Origin: Bacteriovoracia bacterium
Lineage (GTDB): Bacteria; Bdellovibrionota; UBA1018; JBFWNL01
Length of the DNA stretch: 64,000 nt
Assembly (NCBI GenBank): GCA_050251055.1
Contig: JBFWNL010000001.1
Coordinates: 395,825 to 459,824 of the forward strand
Reading direction: 5' to 3'
Below the pieces are notes generated by a model. That model worked only from the letters and a program-made list of their open reading frames with translations. It was not told the origin of the DNA and searched no databases. Shown here one piece after another: positions 54,857 to 62,921 of the stretch. How positions within the stretch are numbered: position 1 is the stretch's first letter; each line of letters opens with the position of its first letter. Made by a program: the position numbers and the translations under genes.

Positions 54857-55827
54857 TGTCCAACCCGCTGAACGACGCGCAATTCATCGAGATCAGCCCC
54901 CCGATCTTCCGCAAGATCGCCGGTCAGCTGCCGTTCGACATCTATCTTAGGCGCGCCGAAGGCACCTATACCAAGATTTTTCCGAAGGGCGAGCGCGTGG
55001 ACGTGGACCGTTTGCTGAACTACGAAGGCAAGATCGATGCGTTCTACGTGACCCAACCCGACTACCGTCAATACCTGCTCTACGTCGAGCGCATGGCTAC
55101 CGAGTTTTGCACCAAGCCCAAAAGCTCCTCTCCCGATGAAATCCTGGCTATCGTGAAAGAGCTGACGACGCACACGATGCTCGAGATTTCCATCAAGATG
55201 CAGGTCGATTCGCTCTCGTTGGCGCACGCCTCCCAGGTGGTGCGCGGCTGTATCGAGGCGCTCTACCGCGATCCGCAAACGCTCGTGAAAGTGTTCGTGC
55301 AGATGAGCAAGCATCCTTACGTGATCCGCCACTCCATCACGAGCGCGATCTTCGCCCTGCTATTGGCCAAGGCGGGCAAGCTTGAGAGCGAGAAGACGCT
55401 GGCGAACGTGGGCATGGGGGCCCTGCTGCATGATCTTGGGATGTCGCGCCTCTCGTTCGACGCCGAGGACAAAGACGATCTCTCCGCGCAGGATTGGAAA
55501 GACCTAAAGGAGCATCCCCAGATCGGCTCGCGGCTGCTCGACGCCGTCAAGGGCGTGTCCACCGAAGTGCGTACGATCGTGATGCAGCACCACGAGCAGC
55601 CCAATGGCTTGGGTTACCCCAACGGTATCCGCGACAAGGAGATCTTCCTGCTCGCCAAGATCGTCGCCATCGCCGATAGCTTCAGCGCGCTCACGAGTAA
55701 GCGGCCGTTCCGCACCGAGCCCTGTACGCCGACCAAGGCACTCGAAATCATGTCCGAGGATCGGGGTAAATTCGATCCCCAGCTTCTGAAGGCATTCACC
55801 AAGATATTCGTGAAAATCAAGACCTGA
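54856..55827 (+). CDS. HD-GYP domain phosphodiesterase
   Basis: LLHDLG, EHPQIG, HHEQPNGLGYP, IVAIADSFSALTSKRPF. Confidence 0.9.
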   Translation: MSNPLNDAQFIEISPPIFRKIAGQLPFDIYLRRAEGTYTKIFPKGERVDVDRLLNYEGKIDAFYVTQPDYRQYLLYVERMATEFCTKPKSSSPDEILAIVKELTTHTMLEISIKMQVDSLSLAHASQVVRGCIEALYRDPQTLVKVFVQMSKHPYVIRHSITSAIFALLLAKAGKLESEKTLANVGMGALLHDLGMSRLSFDAEDKDDLSAQDWKDLKEHPQIGSRLLDAVKGVSTEVRTIVMQHHEQPNGLGYPNGIRDKEIFLLAKIVAIADSFSALTSKRPFRTEPCTPTKALEIMSEDRGKFDPQLLKAFTKIFVKIKT

Positions 55828-57043
55828 CAGCCGGAATGATCGGCTCGCTCGATCCGCCATTCAAAACGGGCAACGGCTGCCAGTCGCGGTGTTTCTCCGT
55901 CCCGCGCGCGGTGCCAAAGATACTGCGCAGCTGCCCGCAAGCGGCCAAGATATCGCGACCGCGCGAGATGCGCACGGTCGCCGTCACCCCGCGGCTGACC
56001 AAATAATGCTGGAACGCTTTCACGGTCGGATCGTCGGGCCGCTTGTATTTGGAGCCGGAGTGTTCGTTGAATGGGATGAGGTTGATCTTGGAGGGAATCC
56101 CCTGCAGCAGCTGATGCAAACGGGCGGCGTCCGCAAGCGTGTCGTTGAAGTCACGCAGCAATACGTATTCGAACGTGATGCGCCGATGGCTTCCGAGCGG
56201 GAAGCGCCGGCAGGCGCCCAAGAGCTCGCGGATGGGCCACTTCTTATTGACCGGCATGATCTCACTGCGCTGCTCGTCCGTAGTCGCATTGAGCGAAACG
56301 GCAAGCGAAACATCCACGCGACGCCCCAGTTCGTCGATCGCCGGCACAAGTCCGCTCGTACTGACGGTGACTTTACGCTTGGAGAAGTTCATGCCGTCCT
56401 GATCGAGCAATATCTGACAGGCCTTGGCGACGTTATCGATATTATGCAGCGGCTCGCCCATGCCCATAAAAACGATGTTAGTGATCGGGGCGAGGCGGCG
56501 AAGCTCGAGCACCTGGGTCACGATCTCGTGAACCTGTAAGTGCCGATCGAGGCCTTGGATCCCCGTCAGACAAAACTTACACGCCATCGCGCACCCTACC
56601 TGGCTCGAGATGCAAGCGGTCAGACGCTTCCAATGCTCTGATTGAAGATCTTCGTCCGTGGGCGTGCCGGCAAACGCGGTGATACCTTTCTCCTGAAGGG
56701 CGGCCGGAATGATCACGCTCTCAATCGTCTTGCCGTCATGTAGATTCCAAAGAAATTTACGTGTGCCGTCCTCGCTCTGCTGGGCCTGGCGCTCCGTCAG
56801 TCGATAGATCGTCACGTTCGCCTTGAGCCACTCGCGCAGGTCCTTCGCCAGGTCCGACATCTGGTCCCAGTCTAGGACGTAGCGCTGATACACCCAGTGG
56901 AAGATCTGCTGCGCGCGCATCTGCGCCTGCTTGCGCGCTTTCCGAGCGAGTTCTTCTGGCGTGAGGTCGCGCGCTTTTACCCGGCTGAGCGGGATCAGTA
57001 GCTCGGCAAACTCAGCTTGGGTGTAAGACTGGAAGACAACCAT
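55817..57043 (-). CDS. rlmN: Dual-specificity rRNA/tRNA methyltransferase RlmN
   Basis: CISSQVGCAMACKFC, MGMGEP, VTVSTSG, AACGQL. Confidence 0.96.
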   Translation of the reverse strand: MVVFQSYTQAEFAELLIPLSRVKARDLTPEELARKARKQAQMRAQQIFHWVYQRYVLDWDQMSDLAKDLREWLKANVTIYRLTERQAQQSEDGTRKFLWNLHDGKTIESVIIPAALQEKGITAFAGTPTDEDLQSEHWKRLTACISSQVGCAMACKFCLTGIQGLDRHLQVHEIVTQVLELRRLAPITNIVFMGMGEPLHNIDNVAKACQILLDQDGMNFSKRKVTVSTSGLVPAIDELGRRVDVSLAVSLNATTDEQRSEIMPVNKKWPIRELLGACRRFPLGSHRRITFEYVLLRDFNDTLADAARLHQLLQGIPSKINLIPFNEHSGSKYKRPDDPTVKAFQHYLVSRGVTATVRISRGRDILAACGQLRSIFGTARGTEKHRDWQPLPVLNGGSSEPIIPAVRS

Positions 57044-57052
57044 TGTGGTCGG

Positions 57053-57081
57053 TTTTTAACACCCTTTGTCGTCATGTTCAA
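57053..57081 (-). promoter_or_regulatory. sigma70-like promoter TTGAAC-N17-TAAAAA (TG extension), 9 nt before rlmN ATG
   Basis: Read directly; no SD. Confidence 0.45.
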
Positions 57082-57145
57082 ACCCTTGTTTTAGCGAATC
57101 TTTTCCTTAACTTATAAATCCAAAGCCTTTAAGATGGGCCCTAGA

Positions 57146-58549
57146 ATGAAGATTACGCCATCATATATAGGGGTGGGAACGTGCGTGGCGTTCCTGAGCG
57201 CCTGCGCCCATACCCCCAACTCGTCTCCGCCTGCCGACCCGCTCTATTTCAATCACCCGCTTGCTATCTTGCAGGGTCCGACCGACGAGTCCACTACCCA
57301 GCTTTCCATCGTACTGCCCAAAAGCGCCGCCGTTACTTACGAGCTGCTTTACTACGCCGCACCGGGTACGAGTCCAGCGACCTTGGAAGGACGTGAAGAT
57401 CTGCAGTCCCCAATCTCGCCGGCGTCCCTCGTGACGCTCGTGCCGGCCGAGGTGAAGCGCCGTGAACGTGACTTCTCGGATTGGGGCGTCGACACGGTAC
57501 GTTTCCAGGGGCTGCGTCCGGGGATTGACTATCGCCTCAACGTGCGCCAAGACGGGCGAGTGCTCGATTGGCGCCGTCTGCGCACGCTCGACCTTTCGCC
57601 ACGGCCGATCCGCTTCGCGCTCATTTCCTGTCTCGACGACGTGTGGCCCGAGCAAGACGAGATGTGGCGGGGCGCGCTTGCCCAAGGAGCGGAAGCGATG
57701 TTTTTCTTGGGCGACAACGTGTACGCGGATCGGGAGATCGGTTTTTACAAGGGACCGGCCGACGAGCGCACGACCTGGCGACGTTACGCCGAAACTCGCG
57801 CCAAACTGCGTATCTTTCACGCCGAAAAACTCGTGCCGGTCTACGCCACTTGGGACGATCACGACTACGGCGCGGACGACGGCGACGCCACCTTTCCCTA
57901 TAAACTGACGTCCCTCCAAACTTTTCGGGATTTTTTCCCGCAAGCCCCTTTGCCTGAAGCTTATGTTTCAGGCCCGGGCGTCTCCTCGCGGCTGCACGCG
58001 TTCGGACACGTTTTTGTGCTCATGGACAGCCGCTACTTCCGCTCACCGAAAGGGCAGGTCGAAGGGGAAACCCACTGGGGGCCCGAGCAGGAAAAGTGGC
58101 TGCTCGACGGTCTGAAGGGCGTGACCGATCCCGTCTGGCTGATCGACGGCGACCAGTACTTCGGCGCCTACCATCCGTACGACTCCTACGAGCGAAACCA
58201 CCCCCATAGCCTGCGCCACATGCTCGCGGAGCTGCGAAAGGTCCGCGCGCCAATCGTGCTGGTTTCGGGCGACCGCCACCACACCGAGATCATGTCCATT
58301 CCCGCCAAGCATTTGGGCTATCCGACGTACGAGCTCAACACGAGCGCGATGCACGCCAAAACCTTTGCCGACGTCTGGAAGAAACACCCCAACCCGCTGC
58401 AGCTCGTGGGTCGCGACAACACGATGAACTACCTGATCGTCGAGACGGAACCCCGCCGCCCCCCCCAGTCCGCGGTGAAGTTCACGGTCACGGCCTACGG
58501 CCCCGGCCAAAGCGTGCTGTACCGCCGTGAACTGGCGGTTAAACGATGA
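57146..58549 (+). CDS. PhoD-family alkaline phosphatase/phosphodiesterase lipoprotein
   Basis: LSAC lipobox, ISC, LGDNVYAD, WDDHDY, DSRYFR, SGDRHH; alternative start at 57134. Confidence 0.88.
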   Translation: MKITPSYIGVGTCVAFLSACAHTPNSSPPADPLYFNHPLAILQGPTDESTTQLSIVLPKSAAVTYELLYYAAPGTSPATLEGREDLQSPISPASLVTLVPAEVKRRERDFSDWGVDTVRFQGLRPGIDYRLNVRQDGRVLDWRRLRTLDLSPRPIRFALISCLDDVWPEQDEMWRGALAQGAEAMFFLGDNVYADREIGFYKGPADERTTWRRYAETRAKLRIFHAEKLVPVYATWDDHDYGADDGDATFPYKLTSLQTFRDFFPQAPLPEAYVSGPGVSSRLHAFGHVFVLMDSRYFRSPKGQVEGETHWGPEQEKWLLDGLKGVTDPVWLIDGDQYFGAYHPYDSYERNHPHSLRHMLAELRKVRAPIVLVSGDRHHTEIMSIPAKHLGYPTYELNTSAMHAKTFADVWKKHPNPLQLVGRDNTMNYLIVETEPRRPPQSAVKFTVTAYGPGQSVLYRRELAVKR

Positions 58550-59883
58550 CCCGTTCCCTTGCGCTACTAGTGGGCCTGATCGCCCTCGGCGGAAATGCCA
58601 AGGAGATCCAAGCCAGCGATCCCCACCGAATCGCGGGCACCTCCGTTAACCTTCGGGCGTCGCCTAGCACTACCGCCAAAATTGCGGGCGTACTTCCCTA
58701 TGCCACCCCCGTCAACGTCCGTGCCCGCACCAACGGCTGGGCGGAGATAGAAATCATCGGAAGCGGGGGCAGCGGCACGGCTGGGCTGCGAGGATTCGTA
58801 CAGGAAAAGTTCGTGCGAGTTATTTCTCCCACTACGCCAACCGAGGGAGCCAATTCCGACGAGACAACGGGAGACCTTGCTTCGGAAGAACGAAAGATTT
58901 ATCTGGGCGACTACGCGCGCTTCAAGCATTGCGTGGAGTGGTTTCAGCTGATCGGAGATCCCATCCCGCCCACGCAGGCAAAATCCCTTCGCCCCTGCCT
59001 GGCGGAATTTAAAAAAAAGCGGCGTGATCATCTGGAGCGAGCGATCTTCCATCAATCCAATCTTCCCGCCGAAACCTATCTCGAGCTCTGGCGACTGATG
59101 GCGGACGACGGTTCGCCCTATCACGCCGCCGACCGCCGGATCTTGCGCTCCTTGCCGGCCTACCAGTTCGCCGCCTTCCAGGCCGCGCTGCGAGCCCGGC
59201 CGCCCGCTTTGGACTTCACCGACGAACCCAGACTAGAGTCACCGACCGCGGAACGTTCGTTCTTCAAAGAAACGCTCGATCCCTGGCTCGCCGTTCCGGC
59301 AACCATTGAAGAAGATACCCTCCAAGTCCCGCTCTCGCCCCAGTGGCACGCACCGTACTACCTCACCCTCTTGCGCATGCATGCGGTCGAGATGGAGTTT
59401 ACCGGGGGCACGAGCCACACTTGGCGCTCTAAAACTCCGCTTTTGGCCGTGGCCTTGGACCCCATTCGGGGCGAACTGAAGTCACATTCCGTGCAGCTGG
59501 TGTACCGCTCGGCCGAGGGAAAAATCTCGTTTGACGGGTTCGAGCCGAGGTTGACCGCGAAGAAGGCCCTGCTCTTCTTTTTAGGCGGGCTCGGCGGCGC
59601 CGGGGGGACCGAGCCCGCCGCACTCAAGGCGCTCGCGCAGGCGGGAACGGCGAAAGTCTCCCGGCCCGCCGTGGGAATCAAGGGTCGCCTGAAAGGCGCC
59701 GCCCCGGAGGCCTTGGCCTACGACTTGGACGGAGACGGCCGTGTCGATCTGCTAGATATCGAAATTCCACTCGATGAGCATGCCGGGTGTTTTGGAAAAG
59801 AGTCGGTCGTCTACGTAAATTCCGCCGGACAATGGGCGGGAAAAAAACGCTACTACTTAAGGCGATGCCTGACTTCGCCGTGA
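58546..59883 (+). CDS. Secreted SH3b-domain protein with C-terminal DxDGDG motif
   Basis: VNLRASPSTTA...GWAEI...GFVQEKFV; DLDGDGRVDLL. Confidence 0.75.
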   Translation: MTRSLALLVGLIALGGNAKEIQASDPHRIAGTSVNLRASPSTTAKIAGVLPYATPVNVRARTNGWAEIEIIGSGGSGTAGLRGFVQEKFVRVISPTTPTEGANSDETTGDLASEERKIYLGDYARFKHCVEWFQLIGDPIPPTQAKSLRPCLAEFKKKRRDHLERAIFHQSNLPAETYLELWRLMADDGSPYHAADRRILRSLPAYQFAAFQAALRARPPALDFTDEPRLESPTAERSFFKETLDPWLAVPATIEEDTLQVPLSPQWHAPYYLTLLRMHAVEMEFTGGTSHTWRSKTPLLAVALDPIRGELKSHSVQLVYRSAEGKISFDGFEPRLTAKKALLFFLGGLGGAGGTEPAALKALAQAGTAKVSRPAVGIKGRLKGAAPEALAYDLDGDGRVDLLDIEIPLDEHAGCFGKESVVYVNSAGQWAGKKRYYLRRCLTSP

Positions 59884-59891
59884 ACCTAGGC

Positions 59892-60731
59892 TTAGACGCC
59901 CAAGAACGCCTTGGTCGCCACTAACGTCGCCAGGCTCCAACGAAACGGCACGAGTTTCACTTCTTCCGCGCGGACCGATGCCGCGATCTCTCGCCAAGGA
60001 TCCGGAGTCTCACTCCACTTACGCCATTGCTCGGCACCGACGAAAATCCCCTGGACGGGCAGCACGTACTTCTCCGAAAGGTACTTCACCACGTCGGCGG
60101 GAATGCGCGATTTTTCGGCGCCCAACGCCTCCAGGTTCGGCCGGTGGAAAGTCTCGAGCCGTCCACGGCGCACAATCAGGATAAAATCTGAGTCCTCACC
60201 CTGGTGCGTGATGCGTAAGTAAAGAGCGTAGGAAGACGGTAGGATCTTTCCCCACCAGCCCTGCACGGCCTGCAACAGGAAATGCCGAGCACCCAAGGTA
60301 TCGAACACCTCGCGCCCGGTGGAGCGGGCCCGTTTGCGCTCGCGCTCCTGGTCCCGCCGTTGATCTCGATCCGGAGTCAGATGCGCGATGGAATACGCGG
60401 GAAACGCCCGCGACTTCAGAAACTCGAGCTGATCGTAATAGTGCGCAAGCGACAGCGGCGCCTGGGGGCGGCTCGCATCCCTCAGCCACTGCGTCACTTC
60501 GTCGGCCCCGAACACATGTAACTTCCGATTCGAGAAATTCGCGCGGAACTCCTCCAGCAGGCGGCCCGTCCACTCGGTGAGATCATCCGATTGGCTAAAC
60601 GCCTTACGCACGCGGCTGCCATCCGCAATGCATAAGATCGGATCGGCCGTGCCGCGCGACTGGGTATTCCCCGCGCGGCGATGCGGATAGAAAACGTCTT
60701 GGAAACTCTTCCAGTCGTAATTTAGGTCCAT
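59892..60731 (-). CDS. Hypothetical protein
   Basis: 279-aa ORF overlapping the upstream gene's stop; GGAG SD. Confidence 0.7.
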   Translation of the reverse strand: MDLNYDWKSFQDVFYPHRRAGNTQSRGTADPILCIADGSRVRKAFSQSDDLTEWTGRLLEEFRANFSNRKLHVFGADEVTQWLRDASRPQAPLSLAHYYDQLEFLKSRAFPAYSIAHLTPDRDQRRDQERERKRARSTGREVFDTLGARHFLLQAVQGWWGKILPSSYALYLRITHQGEDSDFILIVRRGRLETFHRPNLEALGAEKSRIPADVVKYLSEKYVLPVQGIFVGAEQWRKWSETPDPWREIAASVRAEEVKLVPFRWSLATLVATKAFLGV

Positions 60732-62749
60732 GGCTGCTCCGGCGACGAGCCTACGTCTTCCAATCCCGGCAGTTCAGTCATCGCGGCATCCACCGCCACG
60801 TCCCGTTCGCTCTCCCCCGACTCCCGCGCGATCGCGGCCGCCTCGCGCCGCTCCTCCTCGCGAGAGACCAAGCCCTCCACGGCCAGCGGGAGCAGTCCGC
60901 AAGGAGGAACTTCCAGGGAAAAACGATCCCCCGGCTCACCGGCCGCCGACGCCGAGCGCGGCGGACCTGACTGCGTCAGGGGCGCCGAAAGGATCACGGC
61001 CAGGTCGGAGATGAGAACCGGCGCGGAGAAAATCAGGTCCGCGGCAACGTTGCGTGAACTTCCGTTGAGCACAAAGAGCCCGGTTCCCCGTCCTTCGCCC
61101 GCTTTGCGGGAAAGCGGGATCGTGGCCAGCCGATGATCGCTCAGGCGGCAAACCGGTTCGATTTCCGCGAGCGCAAGCATCGACTTAAAGAAAACCGTCC
61201 AAGCCTGGCTGGCGTCGGCCCCGGCGGCCGCGGTCGGCTCAATTCGGCAAATCACCACGCGCGCTCCCTGGCTGCCCAGCGTATGGAGCTGATAAGAAAT
61301 GCCCAAATCCACTTCGCAGGTTTCGGACTCCGCAAGCAGCTGGAAGAGCTCGCGTTTGGCGGTTTCCGTGTAAAGCGGCGTCTCCGGCAAAATCAAAACC
61401 CGCCCGCTACCGGCCGGACCGAGCCACCGCGAAAGTTTTTCCACCACCGCGCGATTGATAATCGTCGTGGGATCCATGACCAAGAGCGTGGCTTCCGTGT
61501 CCGCGGCCAGCGCATCGAGCGAGGTGATCATGCGTGCTTCGGCCCCCACCTGCTTCTGGATCTCGCCCCAGATCGCGCCGCCGCCCGACCAAAGGTGGGG
61601 CGTATAGTACAACGCTTTCGTGCGGAGCTTTAAACGCCCCTCCGTCAGGGAGCGCGCCAGCAGCTCGGTTCGCCGCCGGAACGACGCGGACATCGCGAAC
61701 CACTCCGATTCGTCGATGAAGATGCCGCCTCCCCGGCCTCCCATCAAGATAAGGGACTTGAGGATGAGGAACTGGCGGGCTGCGTCCGAAAGCGTGTGAA
61801 ATCCGCCAAGCGCCGTCCAATGCACGAACGGGGCACAGAGCTGATCGCCCGAGGCGGAAGCCAAGGCCGCGCATTTATCCACCAGCTCGGATAGACCCTT
61901 GAAATCCGCGGCACCACCACCCAAGGCTTGTAGGAAGTGAGAGTGCAGGAAAGTGGGATCCCCTTCCGGCGTGAAGATTTCTACCGAACTCGCCCGCACC
62001 TCGGTGCCGGTACGCTTCAAAATCTGCGAAGTACGGAAACGGAATACGTCCTCACACTGCTGATAAAACCAGCGGCGGTTCACGTCCTCGAAGCTGCGAT
62101 TCTTCCACCGGTTGGCCGAGACCGGATCGGGATCCTGGAACTCACGCTGGGAAAAGTACTCATCCAGGCTCTTGTGAAGCGGCAGCGTCACCCACTTCGA
62201 GCGGTCACCCACGGCCGGTTCGGCCACGGCTCCGGCAAAGTCACGTTCGGGCGAGCGATAATATTTCCAGAAGCTCCCGCTCAGCAGTAGATCCAGATTT
62301 CGAAACACCCGCGGGTTGAGGCGCTCCAGATCGGAAAGAAAAACTTGAAAGCGCGACAGGAACCCATAGTAACGCTTGGTGAATTCGGGCGCCATGAGCG
62401 AGGGTAACTGATAGGCGTTCGGCGGCAAGTAGAGCGGCACGCTTTCGCCATCGGAGTGGGAAGCCTTGTTTTCAGTGCTGCTATAAATATCCTTCGGAAG
62501 CCCTGAATAAGGATAGTGAATGCCGATTTCCGGCGTCGGGATCAAGGTGACGGCCACGCCCTTGTCGGTCGCGGCCTGCAGGAATCGCAAAAGGGAGTGA
62601 GAGATGTCCGCTTCGAAGGCCTGCCAAGGAACGAAGCTCGCTACCGCGGTCACTCCCCGCTTCAAAAGCCCCTCCACGTGCCCCTTCATCCGCGAAGGAG
62701 GGACCTCCCAGTAATTCACCAAGATCTGAATGGAATTGGCTTTTCTCAT
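60722..62749 (-). CDS. Degenerate GH35/GH42 beta-galactosidase-like protein
   Basis: LLKRGVTAVASFVPWQAFE, YSGLP; catalytic NE not seen; start uncertain (62749 to 62824). Confidence 0.55.
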   Translation of the reverse strand: MRKANSIQILVNYWEVPPSRMKGHVEGLLKRGVTAVASFVPWQAFEADISHSLLRFLQAATDKGVAVTLIPTPEIGIHYPYSGLPKDIYSSTENKASHSDGESVPLYLPPNAYQLPSLMAPEFTKRYYGFLSRFQVFLSDLERLNPRVFRNLDLLLSGSFWKYYRSPERDFAGAVAEPAVGDRSKWVTLPLHKSLDEYFSQREFQDPDPVSANRWKNRSFEDVNRRWFYQQCEDVFRFRTSQILKRTGTEVRASSVEIFTPEGDPTFLHSHFLQALGGGAADFKGLSELVDKCAALASASGDQLCAPFVHWTALGGFHTLSDAARQFLILKSLILMGGRGGGIFIDESEWFAMSASFRRRTELLARSLTEGRLKLRTKALYYTPHLWSGGGAIWGEIQKQVGAEARMITSLDALAADTEATLLVMDPTTIINRAVVEKLSRWLGPAGSGRVLILPETPLYTETAKRELFQLLAESETCEVDLGISYQLHTLGSQGARVVICRIEPTAAAGADASQAWTVFFKSMLALAEIEPVCRLSDHRLATIPLSRKAGEGRGTGLFVLNGSSRNVAADLIFSAPVLISDLAVILSAPLTQSGPPRSASAAGEPGDRFSLEVPPCGLLPLAVEGLVSREEERREAAAIARESGESERDVAVDAAMTELPGLEDVGSSPEQPWT

Positions 62750-62839
62750 TCCCTGAGTTGGCTGATCTAGCCGCTCTGGTTTATTGCTGAACCCGTCCAT
62801 AGTCCCCGAAGCAAAGTATTGCACAGTTTAAAGAATACA

Positions 62840-62863
62840 CAACTATTTGTGCCCAAATAGTTG
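62840..62863. repeat. Perfect 10-bp inverted repeat (operator-like)
   Basis: CAACTATTTG-TGCC-CAAATAGTTG in a divergent intergenic region. Confidence 0.7.
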
Positions 62864-62921
62864 ATTGCCAACGATTTAACGCTTAGCGAAATCACTCGAG
62901 GCGTGGCAGAACGAATAGACG

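Noticed and set aside
58451-58466. Poly-C tract in the PhoD gene as a phase-variation or frameshift site
   Set aside because: The frame stays open and encodes PRRPP; short C-runs are expected at this GC content
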